Below, one piece after another: positions 20,479 through 29,669 of a stretch of DNA of 63,541 bases (position 1 is the first letter of the stretch; the number at the start of each line of letters is the position of its first letter). The stretch is from an uncultured Gallionella sp. (GTDB taxonomy: Bacteria; Pseudomonadota; Gammaproteobacteria; Burkholderiales; Gallionellaceae), in NCBI GenBank assembly GCA_964349865.1, contig CAYGIF010000001.1, positions 1 to 63,541 on the forward strand, written 5' to 3'. The notes beneath the pieces are model-generated. The model saw nothing but the letters and a program-made list of their open reading frames with translations. It was not told the DNA's origin and did no database searches. A program made the translations under genes and the position numbers.

Positions 20479-20697
20479 TTAAGCTCCTTTCGTTGTGGTT
20501 TTAGTGCTTTTCACGTTCGCCCCCTCGCCCGCAAGCGGGAGAGGGTTGGGGAGAGGGGTTTCGATCAGGTCACCCTCTGCGACGCGGCGCAGGTAGTAGG
20601 CGGTATCCGGCAAGTCCACCGCCTCGGCATCGGTGATGTATTCGCGCGGCTTGTCTTCTTTTGGCACCTTGATGCCCGGTGCGGCTTTAGCTTTCAT
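20479..20697 (-). CDS. Mu gp38-like (DUF2635) protein with in-frame REP insert
   Basis: PGIKVPKEDKPREYI...YYLRRVAEGDL; TPLPNPLPLAGEGAN is REP-encoded. Confidence 0.8.
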   Translation of the reverse strand: MKAKAAPGIKVPKEDKPREYITDAEAVDLPDTAYYLRRVAEGDLIETPLPNPLPLAGEGANVKSTKTTTKGA

Positions 20698-20706
20698 TTA
20701 TGTCTC

Positions 20707-21309
20707 CTATGCCAGCGTTAAAGTATCCGAAGCATCCGCGACGTTGTCGCCGGGCTTCAGGTAGTAGTTGATCCCCAGCTTCAGCCACATCGGATCAGTT
20801 ATGTCGATCGGCGCGCGCGGCTGCGTTTCGATAAACTCGCAGTGCCACTCGCGGGCAAATACCGCCAATCCTTGGCCGTTCAACTTGGTGTTGTAGAGCG
20901 TCCGGGTCGCGCCCGGCTTCAATCGGGTGATGGCCAAACCGAGATCGCTACCGGCCAGCAACAGGCTGACGTCTTGCAGCATCTGGTACACGCCGACCTC
21001 TTTAATCACGCCGCCAACCTTCAACCCCTGCCGCGTGGCGCGCTCGCCGCGCACGTTGCGCGAGCCGACCATCGTCACGAACGTGGCCGGGGTGCGCCAC
21101 TTGTTGCCTTGGGTGTTTTCCTTGGCTGATGCCCTGCACCCCGCGAACGTCACCCACACCGCAGGGAACTTGCGCACCACCGCTGCCAGGTCGCCGTCCA
21201 GCTCGCCGCCATAACTTTCCACGGTCGGCAACTGATAGCCCAGCCCCGGCGTGGCAGCGGCTGCCGCCACGATGCGGGCGATGATGCCGTCTTCGATCTC
21301 GGCAATCAT
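20707..21309 (-). CDS. Mu gp37-like (DUF1834) tail terminator
   Basis: MIAEIEDGIIARI, VESYGGELD, PAVWVTFAG. Confidence 0.82.
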   Translation of the reverse strand: MIAEIEDGIIARIVAAAAATPGLGYQLPTVESYGGELDGDLAAVVRKFPAVWVTFAGCRASAKENTQGNKWRTPATFVTMVGSRNVRGERATRQGLKVGGVIKEVGVYQMLQDVSLLLAGSDLGLAITRLKPGATRTLYNTKLNGQGLAVFAREWHCEFIETQPRAPIDITDPMWLKLGINYYLKPGDNVADASDTLTLA

Positions 21310-21379
21310 CGGATGCCTTTCACGTTCGTCCCCTCGCCCGCAAGCGGGAGAGGGTTAGGGAGAGGGAATTGCGCAGCAA

Positions 21380-21805
21380 TCATCCGCGCGCGCCCCGATC
21401 AAACACCCGTTCGCCCGGCGCGCTGAACTGCACCGTGTTGGCAGGCGCGGCGACATTGTTTGCCGCATCCAGCCCGAGGCCGATCTTTCCAGCGGCCACG
21501 TTTTCAAGAAACTTGATCGCATCCTTGTAACGGTTGCGCACTTCATCCGTTTCAGTCACCCCGCCCGTACCGCAGAGACGATAACGCGCGATGTCGCAGG
21601 CGAAGTTGGAAAGAATCTTGGGAACGATGGCCAGCGGTAGAACATGGCGCGGTGCAAGATACGGGTCGATCTCCGCATCCGCGTCGACCAATGCACCGGC
21701 GATTACTGCAGCATCGAGTACGCCGAGATTCGCACGATCGCTGAGCGCGATCACTTCCTGCTCTGTGAAGCGTGTGATCATGTTGGCTTGGGATGCGTAG
21801 CTCAT
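21380..21805 (-). CDS. Mu gp36-like (DUF1320) head-tail adaptor
   Basis: DADAEIDPYLA, ACDIARYRL, RYKDAIKFLENVAAGKI. Confidence 0.88.
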   Translation of the reverse strand: MSYASQANMITRFTEQEVIALSDRANLGVLDAAVIAGALVDADAEIDPYLAPRHVLPLAIVPKILSNFACDIARYRLCGTGGVTETDEVRNRYKDAIKFLENVAAGKIGLGLDAANNVAAPANTVQFSAPGERVFDRGARG

Positions 21806-21808
21806 TGC

Positions 21809-22072
21809 TTACTCGGCGACTTCTTCGTCGATCTCGACTTCGCTGACGGTCAGCAGTGCCTCGCCCTTGATCTGCCTGATCTGATCCTTGCTCAGCTCGG
21901 ACAGCTTGACCACAGTCGCTTCCTTACCCCATGCGCGACCGGCGCGGCGGAAGCCTTCGCGGCCGGATACCACGCTCAGCGCGGGCACCTTGACGGTATT
22001 TGTAGCTGGGTCAGTTTTCTTCTCTCCTGCCGCCTTTACAGCTGCTGCATTACCTGTGCTTGCTTTTGCCAT
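21809..22072 (-). CDS. Mu gp35/HI1506-like small virion protein
   Basis: GFRRAGRAW...LSKDQIRQIKGEALLTV. Confidence 0.75.
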   Translation of the reverse strand: MAKASTGNAAAVKAAGEKKTDPATNTVKVPALSVVSGREGFRRAGRAWGKEATVVKLSELSKDQIRQIKGEALLTVSEVEIDEEVAE

Positions 22073-22111
22073 GATTCACCTCTTGAAAAATTAGAAAACG
22101 AAGCGGTCTAC

Positions 22112-22196
22112 GAGATACCCCGGCTACCCAGCATGTCAACGTCGCATGCAACCTCTACGGATGGACTGGAGCTTTCACCCCAGCCGCCTCGATCTC
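22112..22196 (-). ncRNA. Candidate structured RNA directly downstream of the gpT gene
   Basis: Outer stem GAGAT/ATCTC enclosing hairpins CTGGGG-TGAAAG-CTCCAG and GCATG-CGACGTTGA-CATGC. Confidence 0.4.
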
Positions 22197-22203
22197 AAAA
22201 CTG

Positions 22204-23268
22204 TTATGCGCCAGCGCCGGTGGAGCCGTAGCAGGTCTGCCAGAATCCGTAGCCAGCCGCCGCGCGAGCCTCTGCGCCGAACTTGAATTTTTTGCGGTTG
22301 AACACATCATCGGCCTGCGGGTCGGTCTGCTCGACGAACACCGGGGCTTTGCGTTCCTGGTAGATGAACGGCTTGATGACCTTGGTGGTATCCAGCAGGA
22401 ACCATGCGGTTGCCGAAGTCAGGCGCGGCGACACGACCGGCTTGAACATACCCTTGTACAGATTGGCCTTGCCGTCTTCGAGCCGATCCGCCGTGTACAG
22501 CGTATTCGCCACGTCGCGCAGCGCCACCGGCACCAGCAGGATCGTCGGCGTCACGTTCAGCGGACGGCCTTCGTCATCCTTGAACATACCCATCGCGGTC
22601 GCGGCAGCGCCCAGGCTGGCCATCGCCAATGCCTGCGTCGCGGCGGACAACACCACCACGCCCTTGTTGGATACCGACCCCTTGGCACCGGTAGCGGGAT
22701 TCGTCACGGGGTGGTCGGTGTCGCACATAAATTGGCCGTCGAAGCAAACACCCGCGAAAGCACCATTGACCGCCTCAAACACCAGCTCGTCCGGCAGTTG
22801 CGCAGACGATTCGCCGGCGGCCTGCGCCTGGGTAGAATAGATGCCCAGGTTGTCATCTTCGATATCGTTGCGGTCGGCCTCGACGGTTGCCTCGAAGTCT
22901 TCATTCTCGACCACATACTTGAACGCTTCGAGCGACTTGATCTTCTTGTCGCCGACCCAGCGCTGCATCTTGGGAAACTTGCTCAACCACTTGTAATCGT
23001 TCGAGCCGGACGTGCTGGCCACCTTCATCGCGATCTGCGGCCAGACGGATTCAACCGCGCCGAAGGCGTTATTGAACGAGGTCTTCAGGCTGACGAACAG
23101 GTTGGCGATGCTGTCGCGGTTGACGATCATGCCGCCGAACGCGATACCGAGTCCGGCATCACCCAGCGACAAGCCGCTGTGTGCGGCCGGAGCCGTCACG
23201 CCGAACAGCACAAGGGATGCCAGCAAACCGAGGCCGACGATCCATGCGAAAGATTTAACGAGTTTCAT
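22204..23268 (-). CDS. Major capsid protein (Mu gpT) with hydrophobic N-terminal leader
   Basis: NDYKWLSKFPKM, FEATVEADRNDIEDD, FDGQFMCDTDHP, AWFLLDTTKVIKPFIYQER; SD AGGAG before ATG 23268. Confidence 0.93.
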   Translation of the reverse strand: MKLVKSFAWIVGLGLLASLVLFGVTAPAAHSGLSLGDAGLGIAFGGMIVNRDSIANLFVSLKTSFNNAFGAVESVWPQIAMKVASTSGSNDYKWLSKFPKMQRWVGDKKIKSLEAFKYVVENEDFEATVEADRNDIEDDNLGIYSTQAQAAGESSAQLPDELVFEAVNGAFAGVCFDGQFMCDTDHPVTNPATGAKGSVSNKGVVVLSAATQALAMASLGAAATAMGMFKDDEGRPLNVTPTILLVPVALRDVANTLYTADRLEDGKANLYKGMFKPVVSPRLTSATAWFLLDTTKVIKPFIYQERKAPVFVEQTDPQADDVFNRKKFKFGAEARAAAGYGFWQTCYGSTGAGA

Positions 23269-23308
23269 TTGTGAGTCTCCTATTGAGTTAACGGGATAAG
23301 CGTCAGGC

Positions 23309-23974
23309 TTACGCCTTGTGCACGGTTGCGCGGTAGGTGGCGGATGCGGCATCCACTGCACCGGCGGTGATGTTCGTCGCGCGCACCGTCACCACATTGG
23401 CGGCGGATACGAACGCCTGGAACACCAACCCGGCAGTGGGTGCGGCGGGCAAGCCCAGCGACACCGCATCGCCGACCGCAGCACCGGATACGGCGATGGT
23501 CAGGTCGGCGCTGGCGGCCGCCGCGATGGAGGCGAAGTCCAGCGCCGCCGTTGCGGACAGGTTGGCGTGATCGGCTTCTCCGACCAATACGCCGTCGGTA
23601 TCTACCGCCAGCACGATGCCCGCCGGTGAGCGTGTGCCGTTGCCGTTGGTCAGCGCCACGGTCAGGTCATCGACGATGTAACAGAGCTTGCCCAGACTGG
23701 CCTGGGTGACAGCGTCCGCGCCGCTGTTTGCCCACTTGAACGCCTTGCAGCGACGCACCAGAACGCTATTTGCGCCAGGTGCCAAGCCGGTGTTATCCAC
23801 GGTCTCTTCGGCGCGGCCCAGGTAGGTCAGCGCGGTGGAGACTGCGCCGGGGGTGGCGTAGCCGGTAGCGTTTGCGGCAACCAGGCCGCCCGCGAAAATC
23901 TTTACGGCGGCCATCGGTACCGAGATCAGCTCGCCGTCGGTCATTTGGGTGTTGCGATCAGCAGTTAAAGGCAT
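23309..23974 (-). CDS. Capsid cement/decoration protein with extra C-terminal beta domain
   Basis: MPLTADRNT...KIFAGGLVA...GKLCYIVDDLTV; lies between protease and gpT. Confidence 0.7.
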   Translation of the reverse strand: MPLTADRNTQMTDGELISVPMAAVKIFAGGLVAANATGYATPGAVSTALTYLGRAEETVDNTGLAPGANSVLVRRCKAFKWANSGADAVTQASLGKLCYIVDDLTVALTNGNGTRSPAGIVLAVDTDGVLVGEADHANLSATAALDFASIAAAASADLTIAVSGAAVGDAVSLGLPAAPTAGLVFQAFVSAANVVTVRATNITAGAVDAASATYRATVHKA

Positions 23975-24001
23975 GTCTTTCTCCTGTTGGTTTGTTAAGG
24001 G

Positions 24002-25132
24002 TTAAACCGCAGCCTGTGCGGCCAGGGTCTTTTTGAAGTCTTCCGGCGAAACGCCCGTGCTGCGACACATCGCCAGTTGCGACTCGGACAGCTCGCCAGC
24101 CGGTTGACCTGCGGGCGGCTTGCCATCGGTTTGAGTACCAGTCAGCGCGGCGACCGTTTGCGCGGTTTCCAGATACGCAGTCAGCGCAGCCAGGTCTTTC
24201 ATGCCGAGATCGCGCGCCCACTTCTCCTGGGGAGGCAGCAGCTTGCCAGCGGTGAGCGCGGCAACAACCACGCCATCCACGTCGCGCTCCTTCTCCCGAT
24301 CGTCCTGAGCCTGCCGAAGGGTGCGCAATGCGGCCACTTCGGTTTGCAGCGCGGCCATCGCATCGACCGGCACGAACTTGGCAGGATCGGGTGCGGCAAC
24401 CTTTAGCGCAGCAACCTGACCACCCAGCGACGCGACCAACCCGGCGACACTAAAACCGGCAGCAGCCACAGCTTCAGGTTGAGCGGCTTTGATCGCGGCC
24501 GTCGCCTTCTGCAATTCGGCCAGCACCTCTTCCGCCGTGGCCAACGTGGGCAGATTCAGCATCCAGCGCAATTGTTCGAGCAATTCTTCGAGGTTCATAC
24601 TCAGTGTCTCCTGTTGTGTGAGTGATACGGTTAAACGAGCGCTGACCTCTTCCATGCCGTCGATGGCAGCGTTGTTGGTCAGTGCGGCATTGAGAATCTT
24701 TTTGACTGCGCCGGTCTTCTTGTCGTAAAGGATCACCGGCGAGATGAATTTGTATTCCTTGGCATCGATGTGCAGCTTGGCCGTATCCGTCCACTCAACC
24801 TTGGCGAACAGGCCCTCGCCTTCGCGCCACTCCATACCCTCGGCCGTGAACCATCCGGCAGCCGGTACCTTCTGGCCGTTCTCGGCGGACAACAAGGTTT
24901 GATGCTCGTAGTCGATGACAATGGGATTCACCAGGGCGGCGATATCGGCGATCAGCTTGGCGGCGATCTCGGCATTGGTCAGCCAGGCGGCGCACTCTAT
25001 CGGGCGTCCGTCGCGAGCGCGGAATTCACCGGCGGGCAGCAACTGCACATAACCGTTCGCATCGAGCGCGAACGAACAGGCCGCGATGGCGACCGATTGC
25101 GAGCGTGGCGTATTGGTTTTTTTGGATTTCAT
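24002..25132 (-). CDS. Prohead protease/scaffold (Mu gpI)
   Basis: QLLPAGEFRARDGRP, IDYEHQTL, EYKFISPV, AALTNNAAIDGM. Confidence 0.93.
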   Translation of the reverse strand: MKSKKTNTPRSQSVAIAACSFALDANGYVQLLPAGEFRARDGRPIECAAWLTNAEIAAKLIADIAALVNPIVIDYEHQTLLSAENGQKVPAAGWFTAEGMEWREGEGLFAKVEWTDTAKLHIDAKEYKFISPVILYDKKTGAVKKILNAALTNNAAIDGMEEVSARLTVSLTQQETLSMNLEELLEQLRWMLNLPTLATAEEVLAELQKATAAIKAAQPEAVAAAGFSVAGLVASLGGQVAALKVAAPDPAKFVPVDAMAALQTEVAALRTLRQAQDDREKERDVDGVVVAALTAGKLLPPQEKWARDLGMKDLAALTAYLETAQTVAALTGTQTDGKPPAGQPAGELSESQLAMCRSTGVSPEDFKKTLAAQAAV

Positions 25133-25183
25133 GCCGCCATTGTGGCGAGGGCGGCGAGGGGAGTTAAGGCGGAAGGGGTTCCG
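25133..25183 (-). promoter_or_regulatory. Activator-dependent late promoter (copy 2)
   Basis: CGGAACCCCTTCCG-CCTTAAC-18 nt-CACAAT-6 nt-ATG. Confidence 0.8.
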
Positions 25184-25188
25184 CTATG

Positions 25189-25213
25189 AAAAAACCCCGC
25201 GCGAGGCGGGGCT
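25189..25213 (-). terminator. Intrinsic terminator ending the early/middle operon
   Basis: Minus strand GCCCCGC-CTCGC-GCGGGGT-TTTTT. Confidence 0.7.
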
Positions 25214-25388
25214 GGGTGGTGGGTGTTGTATTTTTTTTTCAGACTACCAGATACCGGATCAAAAGCAAACAGCGAAATCCGCACTCCATCCCTGCACCCG
25301 AATCGCCCGCAGACCGCTTTATAAAGTTTTATAAAGCGCCTTCACCCTGAGAGCCGGGCATCCGGTCGCAGCGCCGCCCTTTTAGCGG

Positions 25389-25799
25389 CTAGAACAGGCG
25401 CAAATTCTTTTCCTCTTCCGGCTCCCTGGATTCCAGCGCGCGTATCCACCTCGGGGTCACGCCGTGCAGCAATGCCGCCTCGGTCTGTGAATAGCCTTCG
25501 TCCCGGCTCTTGAGGATGTGGCGCTGGCGGATCTTCACCAGCGCCAGCTTGCAGTTGGGCACGGTGATCGTCTCGCCGCCGTAGTGCTTCACCAGCGCCT
25601 CGGCGGCCTTGCCGTTCAACACGCAGAGCATCCAGTGATTCGTCGCCGGCACGCTCTTCGGGATGAAGGTCGGGATGCCGGGGCGCCGCTCGACCAGCCG
25701 GATCGTCGCGCCGAAGCCGATCAGCGCCACCAGTTCCTGCGCCAGCGGCGGCAGGTCTTTCACGTCCACGTCTTCCAGCAGGATTAGCGTGCCAGCCAT
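25389..25799 (-). CDS. Mor/C-family transcription activator
   Basis: LPPLAQELVALIGFGATIRLV...HYGGETITVPNC, C-terminal HTH. Confidence 0.85.
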   Translation of the reverse strand: MAGTLILLEDVDVKDLPPLAQELVALIGFGATIRLVERRPGIPTFIPKSVPATNHWMLCVLNGKAAEALVKHYGGETITVPNCKLALVKIRQRHILKSRDEGYSQTEAALLHGVTPRWIRALESREPEEEKNLRLF

Positions 25800-26215
25800 T
25801 TTTTTAACTCCTCGATCACGTTGCTCGCTTCGCGCGCGGTGAGCCACTGCAACGCATCGCGCCCGGTCTGGCGCTTGACGAACGCAGCCAGCGCAGACTC
25901 GGACGGGTTGCGCACCTTTCCCGCCGTGTGCAACTCCAGCCACAGCGCGCGGATTTTCTTGCTTTGAGGATCGTCCGCCAGGGCGCGCGGCTGCGGCCGG
26001 ATGCGCTTGAAGCCGCAGGCTTGCAGATGATCCAAAACCTTTTTACGCCCTGCAAAGTCCAGCTCGGTGCTGGACTTCACCCGCGCGACCGACCACAGCA
26101 TGGCGCGGTAGGTGTCGTCGTCCAAGCCGAGCTGCTTCTGCGCGATCTTGATGAGCTGTATCTCGCGCTTCTGCTCGGCGTAGCGGGCTGGGTATTTGTT
26201 GGGGCGCTTGGACAT
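25784..26215 (-). CDS. gemA: GemA (Mu gp16) family protein
   Basis: IKIAQKQLGLDDDTYRAML...KIRALWLEL...LAAFVKRQ...IEELKKW. Confidence 0.9.
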   Translation of the reverse strand: MSKRPNKYPARYAEQKREIQLIKIAQKQLGLDDDTYRAMLWSVARVKSSTELDFAGRKKVLDHLQACGFKRIRPQPRALADDPQSKKIRALWLELHTAGKVRNPSESALAAFVKRQTGRDALQWLTAREASNVIEELKKWLAR

Positions 26216-26229
26216 GTATCGTTCTCCGT

Positions 26230-26478
26230 TTAACGCGCCGCCTGATCCAGCCCGGCCCAGCCCGCGCCGCCGTTCTCGTCTGTGGATTCTAGCTTCGCGC
26301 ACACAATGAACTCTCCGTTCCCCAAGGCAATTCGGATCGGTGATTGCAGTGCAGTAAAACCGATCTTCATCATGGCTATTTCCAAAATGTGATCGATGTC
26401 GCTTGCGAATATGTCGCCGTTAAATCGATCATCGTGCAGCACGGCATACCGTAGCTCTTCTAGCGTTACGTTAATCAT
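26230..26478 (-). CDS. Hypothetical early protein
   Basis: MINVTLEELRYAVL...; ATGA-coupled to the upstream gene. Confidence 0.55.
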   Translation of the reverse strand: MINVTLEELRYAVLHDDRFNGDIFASDIDHILEIAMMKIGFTALQSPIRIALGNGEFIVCAKLESTDENGGAGWAGLDQAAR

Positions 26479-26999
26479 GCCGCCACCTCTCCTTCCATCG
26501 CATCCTTGAGCAGCGCGCTGACGATCTTGTCCACCTCGCTGGCCGGGTCGCTGATGAACGCGACCTCGGTGTCGCTGGTGACGGTGACGCCGATCTTTTT
26601 GAGCGTGGCGGCGTCGCAGGTGTTGAGCCCTTCCTTGCTGGGGGCTTCCTTGGTGGCGATCAGGTTGTCGGCCAGCTCCGGGAAGTGTTTGCGGATCAGC
26701 TTGATGGTCTGTTCGGGATCGGCGATGTCGAGCTTGCCTTTTTCCTTTTTGAAGCCGCATTTGATGCCGTAGAGGATCACGGATTTCGGCTTGCGGAACA
26801 GCGTCTGCGATTCGGCCACGAGGTCGAGCAGCGCCTTGCCGGTCTCTGCGGCTTCCGCCACGGACTGCTTGAGCTTGGCCATGCGCTTGCGCTTGACGGC
26901 GTCCAGCTCGGCGTTGAGCAGGGTGACGATGTGGTGCAGGTCGGTGCGCGCCTTGGCGTGGGCTTTGGCGAGGGTTTCGAGTTCGTCTATTGATGGCAT
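26475..26999 (-). CDS. Gam-like host-nuclease inhibitor
   Basis: Coiled-coil N-half, LFRKPKSVILYGIKCGFKK, LKKIGVTV; semi-essential early region. Confidence 0.7.
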   Translation of the reverse strand: MPSIDELETLAKAHAKARTDLHHIVTLLNAELDAVKRKRMAKLKQSVAEAAETGKALLDLVAESQTLFRKPKSVILYGIKCGFKKEKGKLDIADPEQTIKLIRKHFPELADNLIATKEAPSKEGLNTCDAATLKKIGVTVTSDTEVAFISDPASEVDKIVSALLKDAMEGEVAA

Positions 27000-27013
27000 T
27001 GCGGTTCTCCTGG

Positions 27014-27331
27014 TTAAGTGGGTAAGTGAAGCTGGCCGAGCAGGTCGGTCAGCGGAATTCTTCTGAGGCGCGATTCCAGCGTGAGGCTGTGCATGGCGCG
27101 GCTGCGCAGGAATTCGCAGGTGCTTTGCAATTCTTCCGGCGTGGCGGCGATGTAGTAGCCGTCCTGCGGCGTGCCGCACACGGCGTGGCCGTCTTCGCGC
27201 AGCTCGCTGGTGAGGGTGCGCACATGGCGCTCGGTGGTGTCGAGTTGCGCCGCGAGCGCCTTGACGCCGATGCCGTTGCCCTTGCCGATGTGGCGCGAGA
27301 GCAGGGTTAAAAGCTGACTAGCTGTTGCCAT
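27014..27331 (-). CDS. Winged-HTH protein
   Basis: GIGVKALAAQL..ERHVRTLTSELREDGHAVC..GYY. Confidence 0.75.
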   Translation of the reverse strand: MATASQLLTLLSRHIGKGNGIGVKALAAQLDTTERHVRTLTSELREDGHAVCGTPQDGYYIAATPEELQSTCEFLRSRAMHSLTLESRLRRIPLTDLLGQLHLPT

Positions 27332-27884
27332 CATTGCCTCCTGTGGTGGATTTATCTAAACCGGCTGCGGCCAATACTGCGGACGGCATCCTGCTGCGCG
27401 GCCTGTCATTTTTGCCAAGCACCGCATCGTTCTGCTTGAAAGCCGCCGGCGTTGCGGCCGGCGTGCGGCCTGCCAGATGGTTCTCGCGCTGGCCTTCCTG
27501 CTTGCCCTCGGCCTTCTGGCCGTAGCCTTCGATGATGGCCAGCAGGTAGCCGTGCGACTTCAACGGCAGCGTGAGGTTGTCGCGCTTGGCGATCATCTCG
27601 GTCAGCGCCATCGTCCAGTAGTCCTGCGGCGCGCTCCAGGTGCGGCCGCTGCGCTCGATGCGGGCGGCGGCGACCATCGGCAGCAGCTCGTTGAGCAGGT
27701 TGGCCACGCGGTCGAACGAGAGCTGGCGCTGCGCCGGGCGGAACAGGCCGAGGTACTGCACCATCAGCTTGCCCAGCGGTGCAGGCATGGCCAGCGCAGC
27801 CATCACCGCCTCGCGCGCGCCTTCGTTGCCGAGCAGCGCATCGAGGCTGGAGAGGGAGCCGCAGGCCGGGCAGGTCATCTTCAT
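27318..27884 (-). CDS. Conserved transposable-phage hypothetical protein (N-terminal CPAC)
   Basis: MKMTCPACG...YLGLFRP...PLKSHGYL. Confidence 0.7.
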   Translation of the reverse strand: MKMTCPACGSLSSLDALLGNEGAREAVMAALAMPAPLGKLMVQYLGLFRPAQRQLSFDRVANLLNELLPMVAAARIERSGRTWSAPQDYWTMALTEMIAKRDNLTLPLKSHGYLLAIIEGYGQKAEGKQEGQRENHLAGRTPAATPAAFKQNDAVLGKNDRPRSRMPSAVLAAAGLDKSTTGGNDGNS

Positions 27885-28177
27885 GCTGCCGCGCTCCTGC
27901 CGGTTATGCCGTAGCTGTGCGGCTGACTTACTGCGCCGGACAGCCACCACACAACGCTTTCACGCTTATTCTTGATGATCTTGCAGCAGCACACCTCGCC
28001 AGCCTTATACATCTGCATCAGCGCGGCATCGACCTGCATGCGTCTGCCAAATTTGCGCAATATCGAGAGGTCTACCGGCTGTTGGCTCGTTGAGCCAACC
28101 AGCGCAACCAACAGCTTTCTCTTTACCGATTGCACTGTTGCGCAAGGAAATTCAACCGCTCTCTGTTTAATGAGCAT
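27881..28177 (-). CDS. Hypothetical early protein
   Basis: Translationally coupled ORF in the early operon. Confidence 0.5.
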   Translation of the reverse strand: MLIKQRAVEFPCATVQSVKRKLLVALVGSTSQQPVDLSILRKFGRRMQVDAALMQMYKAGEVCCCKIIKNKRESVVWWLSGAVSQPHSYGITGRSAAA

Positions 28178-28412
28178 GGCCTGCCTTCCGCGCATTCATC
28201 AGGAAGGTGATGCCTTGCATCACCTCATCCTCAAGCGCCTGTACGTCACTGAATTCGATTTCGTTGGCGGCGTATAGGCCTAGCAGGTAGCCCTGCACTA
28301 TGCCCATGCTGCGCTGCGTTGCGTCGGCGTTGTTGGCTATCACCGATGCGGCGATGTTGTTGCGTAGCAGCATGAGCTGGCTGTGCTGTTCTGGGTTCAT
28401 CAGGCGGCTCAT
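28167..28412 (-). CDS. Hypothetical early protein
   Basis: Coupled ORF MSRLMNPEQH... Confidence 0.55.
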   Translation of the reverse strand: MSRLMNPEQHSQLMLLRNNIAASVIANNADATQRSMGIVQGYLLGLYAANEIEFSDVQALEDEVMQGITFLMNARKAGHAH

Positions 28413-28762
28413 GCTGCACATCCGATCTGATCGAGGTGTTTGAAGATGCGTGCGCTGATGCGCCCTATCGCTGTGCAGCAGGCTTCGTCGTCATGGCTCA
28501 ATACGCCGTTGAGCGCATGAATGACAGCGTGCGTGACTTCGTGCGGGACGTATTCGCGCAGCTTGCCTTGCAGCGGCAGGGTGATGGTTCCCACATAGCG
28601 AGTGGCGCGTGGGGTGGGCAGGAAAAAGGCGCAGACCGTCTTACCATCATGGCAACGGCGCGCGACGGCTTGATGCTCGCGGTGTACGTCGGCCACGGTG
28701 GGCAGCAGGCGCACCTTGATGCGGATTTTGCCGTGGCTGACAGTGAACGTGGTGGCGGCCAT
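28409..28762 (-). CDS. Small HExxH-motif protein
   Basis: PHEVTHAV followed by DDEACC. Confidence 0.55.
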   Translation of the reverse strand: MAATTFTVSHGKIRIKVRLLPTVADVHREHQAVARRCHDGKTVCAFFLPTPRATRYVGTITLPLQGKLREYVPHEVTHAVIHALNGVLSHDDEACCTAIGRISARIFKHLDQIGCAA

Positions 28763-29232
28763 CAGTGCACCTCCGGCTTCTTGAAGGACTTGCGGAGGTC
28801 TGACAACGTCCTGAGCTGTACGGCGATCGCTTCCTGGTCGTTCGCGTCGTAACTATCCACCAGGGCGTGTTGTTGCGATCCGAGTTCGTGCGCGGTTTTG
28901 CACATCGCGGATAGCTTGGCGCACAGCGCCTGTATCGTCTCGTCTTGCGCGATCAAGGTTAGATGCTGTTCCCGGCACTTTTCGATCAGCTCCTGCTTGC
29001 TGAGATTTTCCGGCTCAGCCTGGGCGGCAATCGTGGCAATTGCTGGTGCGTCCTCCTGGTTGTAGATCTCGCCCGCGTCCTCGCCCAGCAGCTCCTGCGC
29101 GAACTTGTGCATTTCGCGCACGCAGGTGATGGCGTTGAAGCGCAGGTGTTCGGGCAGCGCGCCCCGGCAATCATCGAGATCGACGGCCATCATGGCGATG
29201 TCGTTTGCGATGTTGATGTGAGGGTTGGTCAT
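28762..29232 (-). CDS. Hypothetical coiled-coil early protein
   Basis: MTNPHINIAND...; coupled start/stop. Confidence 0.6.
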   Translation of the reverse strand: MTNPHINIANDIAMMAVDLDDCRGALPEHLRFNAITCVREMHKFAQELLGEDAGEIYNQEDAPAIATIAAQAEPENLSKQELIEKCREQHLTLIAQDETIQALCAKLSAMCKTAHELGSQQHALVDSYDANDQEAIAVQLRTLSDLRKSFKKPEVH

Positions 29233-29669
29233 GCCGCACCCCCAGTCGCGCAGCCAATGGCTGCCGCCAACCGCCTGAATAGTGACCGGGCTTTGTAAGC
29301 GCGCTCCTGCTGCACCTCGAAACGCGCGTGGCTGTCCATTGCGTCCCAGCGCACTTCGCAGTCGAAGCGCATCACCCACCTGTATCGCAGCTCGCCTTTC
29401 AAAGTGCGCGAATAGCCGGATACCGCGCCATCGAAGCGGTCGCACAGCGGGCTGGGGCGGATGATGATGCGCGGCTGGGTGAGAGGGCCTTTTTCCACGC
29501 GCAGCACTTCCAGCCCCTGCGCCTTGAGCCACTTGGCGCAGTAGTCGGCCTGTTCGGCAATCCACAGTCGGCGCGCGGCGGCGCTGAATACGGTGATGGG
29601 TTCGTAGACTGATCCGCTGCAATAGCAAGGGCCGCCTCCGGTATTGTGTTTCGGGCAGGCCGCGCTCAT
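29229..29669 (-). CDS. Hypothetical early protein
   Basis: MSAACPKHNTGGGPCYC...FDCEVRW. Confidence 0.6.
   Translation of the reverse strand: MSAACPKHNTGGGPCYCSGSVYEPITVFSAAARRLWIAEQADYCAKWLKAQGLEVLRVEKGPLTQPRIIIRPSPLCDRFDGAVSGYSRTLKGELRYRWVMRFDCEVRWDAMDSHARFEVQQERAYKARSLFRRLAAAIGCATGGAA

Noticed and set aside
11701..21366. CRISPR array from the recurring GGGAGAGGG repeats
   Set aside because: Copies are kilobases apart with no regular spacers and no cas genes; they are REP-like.
25316..25338. Palindrome CGCTTTATAAA-G-TTTTATAAAGCG near the genome middle, as a Mu-type strong gyrase site
   Set aside because: Position is suggestive, but the sequence alone cannot support the assignment.
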